Origin: Catajapyx aquilonaris
Taxonomy: Eukaryota
NCBI GenBank assembly: GCA_000934665.2
Contig: KZ538057.1
Span: 124,001-188,000 of the forward strand
Direction of reading: 5' to 3'
Length of the DNA: 64,000 nucleotides
The position numbers and the translations under genes are program-made. Position 1 is the first letter of the stretch; the number at the start of each line of letters is the position of its first letter. This document shows positions 22,288 through 35,051 of this stretch, one piece after another. The notes under the pieces are model-generated. The model saw nothing but the letters and a program-made list of their open reading frames with translations. It did no database searches and had not been told where the DNA came from.

Positions 22288-25200
22288 ATGACCACCTGTG
22301 CGCTCGTCTTCGTCGTCCTTCTCGCCGCTTCCACTGGAGGACGGGCCCAAGGTGGAGTGTCCCTTTTGCCCCGTTTACACACCGTGTCTCCCCACTTCCT
22401 CTCTAGGGAGACGGATAATAAGAACGAGTCAAGGGATGGGTCTTCTACGCTCATTTCACGCCATTCTTTTTTTTGTACCACTTCGACACAGTATTTTTAC
22501 CTTGATGGCGGTGGCAAGAGGGCAGACATATGGTGGGTTTTAAAAATATGGTAATGCAGCGACCTTCGTTTTTTGAGTCTGATTTCGACTCATTTCATGC
22601 TCCAGTGACAGAGGGTAAGGCCAGGTGGTGTAAAACGGTTAAAGTTCCATTTTTGGGATTCATATTGCGTGCCCAAGCAAAAATCAACAAAAACGTATTA
22701 TCCAAGTTCGAATCTTAAAAGTTGTAATTCCTATTGTGACTTAATTAGTAATAACAACAACAGGAACTTAAGTCGTAACTTTTATTTTCTATTTTGAAAA
22801 AAGGAAACCTAGTTATCCATTATGGGCATCAATTCCTGCTCCACATTTGGATGAGTCTTATGCACACACCCCCTAAAGTGGCAGAGTGAGATCGATTCGA
22901 TATTTCAAAACGGATATTGCTACAATATTGCTACAATATGCTACAATATTGCTACAATATTGCTACAAACATCACGCAGCGATGCGGAGACTAGCACCCT
23001 TTCCTGATCAAGTTACCAAAGTGTTGCTTCTGACAGGGTTGCACAACTGCTTTCGTTTTTCCTGTTCAAAACTGGGCTAATCTCGGATGAGATTTTTTTT
23101 TAACTGGGGGATTTAACACACAATAAACCAGGCATTTAAAGCGTCGTGCAGACGGTGCGAACGAGGTGAAGAAAGTTTGCAGTGTAGCAATACAATTAAT
23201 GATGACAAATGAAGAACGATCACATTTCAGGTGTTAATATTTCACTTGTCAATATTTGTAAATAAGTTTTTAAAAAAAGTACATAAAAACATGCATGTAA
23301 AATCGACCTCACCGCCAATTTCATGGTCGTTGTGCCATTTGTATAGCCCTTTGCTTACCTTTTCACTACAAAAAAATAGCGGTATCGTCCAATCACCGGT
23401 CCTGATGTATCTTATGGATTGGTATTCTGGCGTCCACCATTTGGTGTGGTCAGTGCACCTTAGGTCGCAAGTAACCGGAGTCAAAAGCGTGAGTCCATCC
23501 GTAGATTCAACAGCAGACCAAACCGGCTGCTGGTGAGGCCTCCACCTTAAAAACGACCAGTCCTTCTTCCAATCCTAACGGTAGAATTAGCCCAAAACCA
23601 GCTGGTTTGTGCCTTATTTCCTGCTTCAAAGTCCCTTGCCTTGGATATATTTCACTTTCCCACGTTCAATCAGTTGATTATTACTATTCAGCCCGGATAT
23701 AGTGTGTCCTAGATGTCATTTTTATCGGCGGGGGTTACAGCGACCTATATTTATATTTCACCTGCGATGGGTGGTGGCAAGGAGGTCATCTGTCAGACGG
23801 AACAGACGTGAGAGCAAACAATGGGAGATACGTGATACTATTCGTGGAGAGGCACCCCGGGTCAAATTGACTGAGGGCATAAGTTTGCCCAGGAGTCGGT
23901 AATTGCGAAGTGACTTATTTTATTTTCCGCACGGGGAAACCTGGTCAGCCGAGCGTGCTGGTGACCCCGGGGCGGCAGAGTGTGACCTCTTCTACTTCTG
24001 GCTGCATTGGCTATCCACGTGAGACCACTCATTGTAGATTCATACCGGCTAGAAAGTGCTCCACTTCTTATGTTACTGACCACTGGTTGTGCAAGAGTAT
24101 GTGACACTTGTCAACAAGCCGGACTTTTCAGTGTTTGTACTGTATCGAGATGGCTTTCTCCGGTACGTTACTTGCTGTACCGGTACATGCACGAATGGCT
24201 TCAATAATGAGATGATTGGACTGAATGGCACTACTTTTTTTTTTTTGCATGCGGTATATGCTCTACCGCACCTATTAATTCTAGTGCACCGCAACTGGTG
24301 TTCTTATCGTTGGCTGGCGATCGAACGTGCACCCAATGTTATATTGCCTTACGAAATCCTCATTTTAAAATAAAAGTACGCCCACTGAATGCTAGCCTCA
24401 AAAATTATACACGCACTACGCGCAATTACAGGGTTGAGCCAACCCAATTTTGTCTCCAGTGAAATGGAAAAAAAAATCAAATCAATATGTAATATACGGG
24501 GATGAATAATTACGCCATTTCCAAATCGGCACAACAGCCTCTCGTGCCTCCAGGTAACAACCCCCCTATATAATCACAAGTGTAACTAACCCTCCACCTT
24601 GCGACATCGCATGTCAAGTCAACATGGAATGTACGTCGTATTATAGACATGATTCATTTTGTTGCTCACAACGGACCCTTTTTTAGCCTCCTGAGGTATA
24701 ACTGATACGCGTAGACAACCGGGAAAGGAGCAACCGTGGGAAAAAAAATACAAGGCGACACCTGTCACCTTTAGACCCACAAAAGCCGCCTCTTCCCATA
24801 CCGCAAATTCTGCGACCACCAATTCAACTCTTGAGAACAGAACGGGTCGGTATGACTCGATTTCTTGCTTTCATCCCACGGTTGAATCGAGACTGAAAAA
24901 GCATAGGGGTGACTACACTTCCATCAACTTGTGTTCTCCGCAATGTTGCGGCTAGAGTAGGTTGCTGTGTTTTTTTTATACTTTGAAACCGTTATGTGTG
25001 AGGTAGATGCGGACATAACGTGGCGGGTCTCTGGGCCGATCCTTACCCTGAGGCCAGCGGGTGCCCTTCGAAGGAACGTACCATCCGTGTTCTTTTGCTA
25101 TGGAGATGCATTCCACAAGAGTTTTCTGAAAGTATAACGTACGTGGTGCGTTACTTCTGGCAAATATTTATGAGGGTGTATATAGGGTCTGTGCAGTAGC

Positions 25201-26603
25201 GTTGACCCTGACAGGGGCTGTAGAAACGCTTTCTTGCCACACTTTTTCTCAATTGAAAGCGTGTACACACTAAGCCACATTAGAATAATTTCCAAATATC
25301 ATAAATGTTTGAAGGATACAGATTAGTGTGGTAGCAATGTTTCAAAATGTCAATTACCAGGTGACACTGACATCGTGATAATTATCCGCACCATACCGTG
25401 TCAGCGTGCTGAGGACGTAATTTTTCCTTGTGCAGTTTACCGTAATTACGCTTGACGCATGTCGCTGTCTGTACAACAGATGCTTCCTTTTGAGTAACGG
25501 ATCTTGGGATACCAAGTAACATTTAAATCGTATTATGCAACAAGTTTCACGTCGGTGCAACTCTCCAATATATTGGCCCGTATCCCGTTTTCCAAGTGGT
25601 TATAAACCAGCACAATTTGTATGAGTTCTGATTGCACCGGACCAACAAAACCGAAAGGAAGCTCACGACTTCCCCATACCCCCATAGACAATAACCATTG
25701 CACGACTTATACCAGCACAATGCTGATTAATCCAATTGGTTCAGCCTCTGATATGGTCAAGAATGAGTCAGAATTTTGGCGTGCAGCACCACAACAATGG
25801 GAAAAAAAGAAGCATTGAAAAAGCGCACACACTGAGCAATTATAGGCCAAAAATGTAGCCGACTTTCCATTAGTTTGGAAAACCAGTCACTTTTTTTTTT
25901 TTTTTTAAGGCGAGTCTTCCCTTCCAACAATGGGAGGAAAAGTGTAGCGGTTTTTGCGGCTGGAGCTGCGAAGAATGTCAGGTCGACGACGTCTCCGCCT
26001 AATCATGTTTATGGCTTCGAAGTGTACCTACCAGGCGATAAAGAGAGAACTTGGAGCAAGGTGTGTGTATATGATGAGAGGTGTATATGGAAAGAAAGCG
26101 GTAAGGGCCCAAGCGAAAGGGGGGACCTTCTCTGCTCTGAAAATTACAACGGAATTGTACCGCTTGGTATACCACCCCCCATGGTCGTAGGATTATGTAT
26201 GTGGCTTTTTATGCACAACGTTCAATTTTCGATGCCTTGGTTTTTAATTTCTAAAATTATTGCACGGTTTTGGTGCTAGAAAACTACATATTTTTTACAC
26301 GGTTGTCTGCAATGTTTCTTGCTTATTGTTTATTTATTATGCCGTATTTTGTTCTGGAGTTCTGGAGTTTTAAAGAAATGCACGAAAAACTTTTCGAGTG
26401 CTTCCCCACTCAAATTGTGTTAAAATAAATGCATCCATTTCGTTATTTTTATTGTTTTATCATTTATTTATTGTGCTGACATGTTGAAAATTTAATGAAT
26501 TTTATACAGACCTGCATTCAATTTCTGATGCTTTCTTGTTTAGGATTTAGTTTATTTATTACAATGTTTTTCGGAATACTCACTTACACCTTATTGTTTA
26601 GTA

Positions 26604-26651
<48 letters not shown>

Positions 26652-29600
26652 AAGAAGATTTCTTGTTTTAGACCTCCTCATGTTTTTTTTACACACTCAC
26701 CTATTATTCATTCTGTTGTTCAATTTTCAAAGCTTTCACGAGTGGGTTTTAATTTTAGGGGTCCGAGGTAAGGGTCTCCCCGAGCCTGACACGTGATGTC
26801 ACGTTCGTTAGGCCAATTTTTGACCCCCCAACGAGAGGTATACCGCAACCGGTGTTTCACAAGCTAGTCAACCGTTGGGGTGAGGAATTAGGGAAGTGTT
26901 TTTTTTTTTCGCTCGTTGTATTTTTTGTTTCAATGTACAGTATTACTGTGGGTTAGAATGAGCAAGGGCATGTGAATTTTGCAACCGTATAATGTGGGCT
27001 TGGTGATGAAGAGGTAGATCGTGACATTCTGGAGCCAGTTGACTATGCACGTACTCGATGTAGTACAGTAATTCTATTGCATATGTATTGTGATCCATGT
27101 GCATATCAGTTGTAATATCGAGCAGGTGGCAACGGCCAGTTTTTTTTAAAAAAAAAACTGAACCGAGTGTAGATAGCGTGACTTTTGGAGATATGAGGAG
27201 GGTGCACCCTCATCATTTTTTTATAAACTCACAATTTATCAGGCCATCTACCGTATTTTGTTCAGCATTATTATTACGATTGTTGGTATGAGCACGAAAA
27301 ATTTTCAGATTCTTCCCACTATTATGGCGCCTAGACTGTTGTATGCAATGGGAAAATTACTCCTGCAATAAAAAAAATATGCAAAATGCTCCCTGACCTC
27401 TCCTTGTTGCGGCGAAATATTAACGAGCACTTTACCCCCCTACAAAATCAATGTAATGAGCCACTATGTACCACTTAGTAGGCGTCCTTTCCATCATCAT
27501 TACTAATCGTTCTACCTAACCCGCCCATACTATTTAAAACAAAAAATTCGGCTGACACCCTTTTCTTCTTCACCATCTTAGAAGGTCGCTCCTCTTTTTT
27601 CGAGACCGTCTTTTGTCAGGGATATGGGAGTTAACCGGTGTGAAGAGACAGAAAAAAAATATAAATCCCTCCTAAGGCTACGCTCCGTAGGGAACAAGTT
27701 GGTGTGGAAGGGGACCCCCACCCCCATTGCCCCTACCTTGAAAAATGGTCACGTGGCCCGATGACTTCCGTTCCGTAACACATTGTTGCCGTGGGAAAAA
27801 CATACTGGTTGCCATCTGTTGTGTCCAGCTGTTTTTTGGGGGGAAATCCGGACCATTTCCTCGTTTGAGATTGGGGGAAATAGTAGGATGGGAAAATTGA
27901 ATTTTTAGTTGGGATAGGGTTGAGGTGAAAGTGACAAATCTGGCAATAGTAAAACGATTAGTGATGTTTAATCATGGTGATGTAGGAAGAGAAACTGGAT
28001 ATTCCAAGCATCAGTAAGCAATTTTTAAAAAAATGTGCCTCGAGAAACAAAATACTTTCTAAAACGAACTTTTACGAGTAAAACTGTTTGTTGCTCGTTA
28101 AGGAAAATAGTTAGCATTTTAAATAATGGCTGCTTTGTTTGTGGCCCATTATTATTCTTATATGTGTAGGACCATCTTCTATAGCACTGTTCGTCTCGCT
28201 TTCTTCACTTTCTGGAAGAATCTTGTAACACTTTCGCAATGATTTGTGCCATTTATTGGTCGAAACATATACTTTTGAGAATTCAGGACTTCCGTATACA
28301 CCATACCTTCCCCCCAAGGTACCGGTTATGGCTGGAAGATGCTGGAAAGCCCGCGTTTCATCTGGGTAAGCTGATGTCAGCATGCGATTACCAATTCTTC
28401 CTGTTGCATATGAAAGCTGATGACTAGACTTCACTAAGATAGTCACGGGATGCATTATCTGTACCCCTGCTGTACACCGTTGTCGTGGATACACCGTTGT
28501 TTCAGGAAACAGAAGGCATCTCTCACAGAAGACAAGATCACTTAGTCCTTAGTGGAACTATGATTTGATCAACTATATTTGTAATTTTGTTCATTGAATT
28601 CGTCGCTGTAACTCGTTACATTTCTGTAGGTATCTCCAGGAGACATCCTGTTGATTAGATGCAACTGCGATTGGTGTAGCTGTTTCGAAGCGGAAGCCAG
28701 CCAGCAAACTATCCAGAACCGTCGAAGTGCAACAAGATAGTGCAAAAAAATTGCGATTCCCATTTGACCAGTAGTCTTCCGCCCACGCCTCGCCCCTCCC
28801 AACCTCCATTGTATATCATTAAGTTATCAGATGCACTCGTTTTACCGCTATGGATGGTAATTGTTGGTATAGGGATTCTGGTCGGAAAAGGACCAAACGT
28901 CGAGACAGACGCGTGTTCCTTTTGGCTTTTATTTCTTGCGTGTTTGCGGCAAGGGCCAACCCAGAGGGTCACTGCCCCAAACCCATTTTGAGGATCGATC
29001 TTAAACACTGCTGCAGAGATTCGTTACCCTTTGTAACGACAGGAAGATGCTGACAGGGCTACTCGAAATAAACTCGTGACCCGATTACATTAATTTATAC
29101 CTAGGGGTTTGAGAAGGGGAGGTGCTCTTATCGGAAAGGGGGGTTGTTGTATCTCTCAATCACAGTTCACTATACTGTTACTGGGAATTCATTTCAATAA
29201 TAGTAGTGCTAGTAGGGGACATATGCTGAGGGCAATGTGCGCCTATGCGCGTAAATAGGTGGGGGACATGTTTGCGTAAATATTGTTCGTAAGAGGAAGC
29301 AGGCTGGGCAATTATATAGTCAATGTATGGGTATGAGTGTTGGTCCTTGCATGGCATGTGTCAGTTCATGGACACTGGTAAGGTCACGGCAGTTGCTTAA
29401 TATACAACATTATAATCCATCACGATATTAGCCTGCGAGAGAGGTCGTAAGTTATGAATTTTTAAAGCCACAGTGAGCAACCTCTGTCAGTGATATCAGT
29501 ATTATTTAAAACCCATGTGTATGTACCGGGGATGGCTACGTCTTGAATATACCAAATCCGAAATGTATGGCATATTAAAGCACCTCCCTCATTGATTTAG

Positions 29601-32600
29601 CGCCATAATTATTGCATGGTGTAAAATATTAAATAGTAACCGCACTGTTGTGAACTTTCAAGAGGCCAGCTCTTAGCTCGTTTGTCCGCCTTGTTATAAC
29701 AAATTCATGAGTGATGGACCCCGTGGGGACACAATCGATTTTCACACCTAGCTAAAGCACCTCTCACGCCCGAACGACTCTCACTCGCAATTTTACCACC
29801 TCATCAACCAACATAATCTGACCTAGAACCAACTCATTCAGACAGAACGTTATGAATTGCGGGAAACCCCAAGACGCACTTCAGTCGTGTGTACTGTACA
29901 CAAATGGTACCACGACTTGGCAATGTAGCAGTGACGCAGTGTTGCGCGACCCCAGGAAGCACCTAAAAAAAACTCAGGTAAAGAAGGGTGGAAGTTGAGT
30001 CAGTTGATGAGACATTTGATCAGGTGTAGGGGGATATTGCGTGCACCCCAGGCCTTGATTGGACCCCTCTCATGGGTTCCTGCCAGGTGCTGCACATCCT
30101 TTTACTAGCATATATTTACGTTTAATCATCATAAGCTGAAACGTCCATTTTGGCAGGACCTTGACGCACGAGACGTGACTTTTGACGCAGCTACCTATAG
30201 TTCATTCTTCTCCGATGCCGGACAATACGATGCATAAAGCTAGGTTCATATCTGGCACGCCAGCGATTGTATGCATGGTAGCCTTTGAGAGACAAGGACG
30301 ACTGGAGGCGTTGGCGAAAAATGCCCAAATAGCAAGGGAGAATTCGTAAAAAAAAATTATGAATGTAGTTGGAGATATATAAATGTGGGAATCATACAGG
30401 CGTGGCCTCAGGGTGTGGATGGGAGACCAATTTGGCTAGGGAATGTTCCCAGGCTCTTCTCTGCTGCAATCTAATCTAAACCTGCCTGGCGTATTCAGAT
30501 TAACGACATGAAGGAATTAAATGCCCGGCATATTCGCACACCTGGTCAAACTGTACCAGGTAATTAAATATACGAAAAATCACTTTGGTATGTCTCATGG
30601 AAAAGTGAGCCATCAGTCCCGCTAATTAAACGGCGAATTTTGAGCCACTTTTGCCGTACCAAGGAGAAACACCCTAACTGCAAAACTAGTAAGGGTGAAA
30701 GTCGCATGCACTAATCCCCTGACTCAGACGGTATTAGTGCAGGGCATGCACACGACCTTCACCCTTACTAGTTTCGTAGTTAGGGTGTTTCTCCATAGTA
30801 ATGTTGCCATTTTTGTCCGATTTGTATTGTTAAAATTTTTTTCGTATTATTTTGCAGACAACCGATGTTACCTGGAAAACGGAGGATCTGGGGAGAGCTT
30901 CTTCGTGAGCGAGGCCGAGCCAATAGGAGCCGTGGTTGGTAAGTACACCATTTTAACACTCCAGCACCTCCAGAAAATTCCCAGGGACCTGGGGTCAAAC
31001 GTTTCCCAGTGACCTGGGACTCTGAAGATTCTTTTCCCGCAGAGATAGCATCGGAACATGCGTTACATAATGGGATGTCTTTTTTTCAAAAAAGTGAATG
31101 AGCCAAACGGGAGGGGCGGAGAGAAAAAATTATTTCCGGGCGAAAATGGTTTGACCTCTTATTATTTCTAGGCACTTTGCGTGTGGTGGGTGACCCAGGC
31201 CCTCGTGGGGACATCACCCTCGGGTTGAAGGAGAGGTCATCGCCGGTCCGGATCGCCCCTGGAACCAAGAATATGACCCTCACGCAAAGGCTGGACAAGG
31301 AAGGGGTCGAAGGTCCGGCCTCTGTTTTTGTCAACGTCTTGTGCGACAGGAAGGGTGCAGCTGACCCTGTGAGTGACCTCTGACCTTCGCAAGTTGCTTA
31401 AAATATTGTTGACAATAAAATGTCCTTTCTTGTTTGGTTCCAGACTTTTGTGATTCCGGTGAGCATTCGGGTGACGGACGCGAACGACAATGCCCCTCAC
31501 TTTATAGGAGGTCCGTTCCACCTGAACCTGTCCGAAGTCACGCTGGTGGGCAGCCGTGTCCTACATGGAGTACGAGCAGTAGACATGGACCAGCACGGTC
31601 CATTCTCAACAGTACAATACACGGTCGCTCCAGGACCATACTCCGTAAGTGCTAACCAGTTTGGGTCAAACTGTCATTGGACATCACCTGTATATCGGCC
31701 AAGGTGATTCAGACATAATCATAAAACGTATTACACGCCCGATTTTTTTCTCTGGATGAAAAAAACACGAATGGTGGCAATGGAAACTAAGGAAATATTC
31801 ACAGTTATGTTTGGGAGAGTATGAGAGATGTTCTGCAGTCAAGTTTAGAACTGCTGGTGAGAGATATCATGCAGATTAGCTGGGTAAAATGTGCACGCTT
31901 TCTGGAATCAGGTGCTGTCACTACCTAGATTTTTACTGCGAAGTGATAATACTTCTTCCTTGAAGAAATGCAACATGGCATGCTAAGCAAAAACCCGTCG
32001 CCGACACACCATATCACACTGGCTGAGGCACGAACTTGGAATTACTCAGGAACGCGTAAGATTGTGCGAATGGAGAAAAGAAAATCTGCGGTCAGGTTGA
32101 GAATATTATATTCTGCTTTCTTCATATTGCATTTTTGAGGAAAAATATTAAAAAAGTAACAGTAGCCTCTAACATTTAGTGTTATGCTTTGAGTCATGCA
32201 CATTTGAAAATATAAATCAAAATTTAAATCATAAATCAAATTTATTTCTCCCTCTGGAGAACATGAGTTCCATAATAGAGAGAAATATTAATCAAAAATA
32301 ACCCAATGTAACACTTAAAGTATAACTGAAGCTGGGTCTAAAATCATTAGGCAATTTAATTCCTCCTGGTGTACTGTACACATCAACTATACCGGTATTG
32401 CTTGCTTTTCATTATGCAAATTATGATCAACAGTACTGTGGTACCAATGTTTTCAGCCCCAAGTTCATTTTGTCTTTTTCTACTTCCACAGGATTATTTT
32501 GAGTTTCCTAATGGTCTGGAGGGCACCCTGGTCTTGAAACGTCCCTTAGACTTTGAGGCTCTAAGAAGCTTCACTGTTCGCTTGAGGGCACAGGACCAGG

Positions 32601-34787
32601 GTCAGCCACCAAAGAGCAGTGAGGTCAGCCTGACCATCCGGGTGCTGGATGCGGATGACCAGAACCCTGCATTCAGGCGACGTGCGTATGAAGCCATAAT
32701 CCCAGATGTACCGCAGGAAGGCACCCTTATGAGACTGAGGCCTGAGCAACTTCATGCTGCAGACCAGGACGAAGGAATTGCCTCTCCGGTTGTGTACTCA
32801 TTTAGTGGAGATGGAGCAGAGTATGCTCCATTCCGACTGGACAGGACCACTGGGGAAGTATACCTTCAACGGACCATTTCTTCAGAAGAGTTGACCAGTC
32901 CAGCCACTCTGGTGGTCAGGGCAACTCAGGTGGACAATCCAGATCGATACGCTTTGACCACATTGACAGTGCGGAGGGCAGGGCAGTATGATGGGAACCA
33001 CCTCCGGTTTCTCAGGCCGGAGTTTAGTGCTTCAGTGCTGGAGACTGTTCCAGTGGGCAGTGTGCTGCTGACTCTCTTGACCACGAGGCCAGGGGATCAC
33101 AGGGCACACTTCTGGATGGATGACACTGCCGGTGGACAGTTCACCGTCACCAACAGGGGGGAGCTGGTGCTTTCCAAGCCATTAGATTTTGAGACACAAG
33201 AGCAGTTTAGACTCAGGGTCAGAGTCACAGATGGGAGATCGGTAAGCCATATCAACATAAGTAGTAGGCTTACTTCAAAATAATAACTTGCATCATGCAT
33301 TATTATCATAGCATTGCTTTCATTATGCTCATTACAAAGCAGTAACTCTGGTCAAAATCATCACCTAGTATATTTACTTTTCAAATTATGCTTTCTTCAA
33401 ATGCATATTTAGTCAATGTGAAATATGTTGCAAGAGGTACTGAGACATAGGAACTACAAAATAGGGGTACAACTGATTAATTTTTTTCCCTTCTATTTAG
33501 AATGACACTGCTGACATCCTTCTGTCCGTGCTGAACGCCAATGACTGGGAGCCTCGGTTCCGCTTCCCCCAGTATGAATTTTATGTGTCTGAGGAGAACG
33601 TCCGCATTGGTGGAATTGTTGGCACGGTGCAGGCGGCTGATGGAGACAAGGGGGATCGCCTTCACTTCTCCCTGAGAGGACCTTTTGCCCGTACTTTTGG
33701 CATCACCCAAGATGGCCAACTGTACCTGGCTGACTTGAAGAGTTTGAATGCATCCACAGCTCATTTTGTGGTGGTGGCCAAGGATAGTGGAGCCCCTCCT
33801 CATCAAGCTTCTGTTCCTGTGGTGGTGCACTTTCCGGCTGAAATGGTAGCGCAGAGAAGACTTCCTGCATCAGAGGCCAGCTTCCTCCTACTTGTGGTCT
33901 TTGGAGTGCTCTTGGGGGTACTCGCCATTGTCATTGCAGGACTCGCACTCTACATATGCAAACAGTGGGTAGCAGTTACATGATGAGTTAATTTAGAATA
34001 AGTATTGAGCATCTTATCACTGTCAGTAGAAACAAAAAATCAGTTGCAATTTCAGTGAGGATGTGCATTACACAAAGTATTTTTTTTACAGCAAACGAGG
34101 ACGGTCATCAGGACGACCGCTTACTCCACATAATCCTTTGGCATCCAAGCTGGGTGCCTACTTGGGCAAGAGTGTCGAGAAGAGAGTGACACCTTATCTG
34201 GATAGTCGCCTCTCAGCAGCTTCAACAACAACAACAAATGGCAACACAAATGTAACGAGTGTGACCACAACGTCACATGGAGAAGATAATCGACTCTACA
34301 CTGCAACAGTTCGTGGACTGAGTTCAATGCAACCACCCAGGTCGGCACAGCTGAGGCCCACATCTGCACAGGCTCCAAGGGGACACGCCCCGGAGCCACC
34401 CAAGACAGCAGCACCAACACCTGTTGAATCAGTTGCATCTCCACCTCCCCCACCTCCGCCTCCACCGGAGAGCAGTCAAGCTCCCAACTGGGCGAGAGGA
34501 TCCATACCCAGGAAAGTTAAGAAGCTCAGTTGGGAAGATGAGCAGCACAAGGTACATTGACTTTTTTTGGTCATTTTATGCCAAAATGGTCGTGGCCTAA
34601 GTGTTCATTATTTTTCAAGTAGGTAGTAGCCCATGAATGACACTTCTTTTTTTCTTTCCAACAGTCGGACCTCCCATTGGATGTCTGTGATGACCCGCTT
34701 CCAGAAGACGACCCTCCAGGAGCAAGCACTACAGATGGAAATGGAGAAAATGACACTGAGAGACCCAGGCTCACAATCTACTTCTAG
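22288..34787 (+). CDS. Cad96Cb: Single-pass cadherin, Cad96Cb-like (signal peptide, about 4-5 EC repeats, TM helix, Pro-rich tail, C-terminal LTIYF)
   Basis: Exons 22288-22351 (MTTCALVFVVLLAASTGGRAQ, signal peptide), 30858-30938 (DNRCYLENGGSGESFFVSE), 31172-31368, 31444-31644 (VTDANDNAP), 32492-33241 (LDFE, DADDQNP), 33501-33964 (NANDWEP, TM FLLLVVFGVLLGVLAIVIAGLALYI), 34092-34551 and 34665-34787. All are GT-AG and phase consistent. An upstream in-frame ATG lies at 22219. The cadherin identity is certain, but the orthology is from memory. Confidence 0.88.
22914..22967. repeat. Tandem repeat, 11-bp unit ATATTGCTACA x5
   Basis: Read directly; the third copy has a 1-nt deletion. Confidence 0.9.
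26603..26650. repeat. (AGT)n microsatellite
   Basis: Read directly from the sequence. Confidence 0.95.
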
Positions 34788-35051
34788 AAACAAAAGGACA
34801 ACGAAGTGACAAAAAGACTGTATTTAAGAAGAAAAAAAATGGAAGGTTTGTATTTCAACAGGCCTACATTGTGTGTCGCAAGAGCACCAGTTTTCTGGTG
34901 CCAGAGACATAGTACCCGACCCAAAGTTCCATACTGTGAGATCTGATTTGTACACTGGTTGAGTATTTCTTTGCCGGGGATATTTGGGGCCAACATTTGT
35001 GTAAAAGGGGTTTGTTAATACCTATGATAATAATACTAAAACGGGTCCAGT

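Noticed and set aside
22914..22967. Short direct repeats as a possible CRISPR array
   Set aside because: 11-bp head-to-tail units with no spacers, no cas genes, and a eukaryotic context
28111..28494. 127-aa minus-strand ORF, possibly a Tc1/mariner relic
   Set aside because: Resemblance too weak to call; no DDE motif or matching TIR pair found
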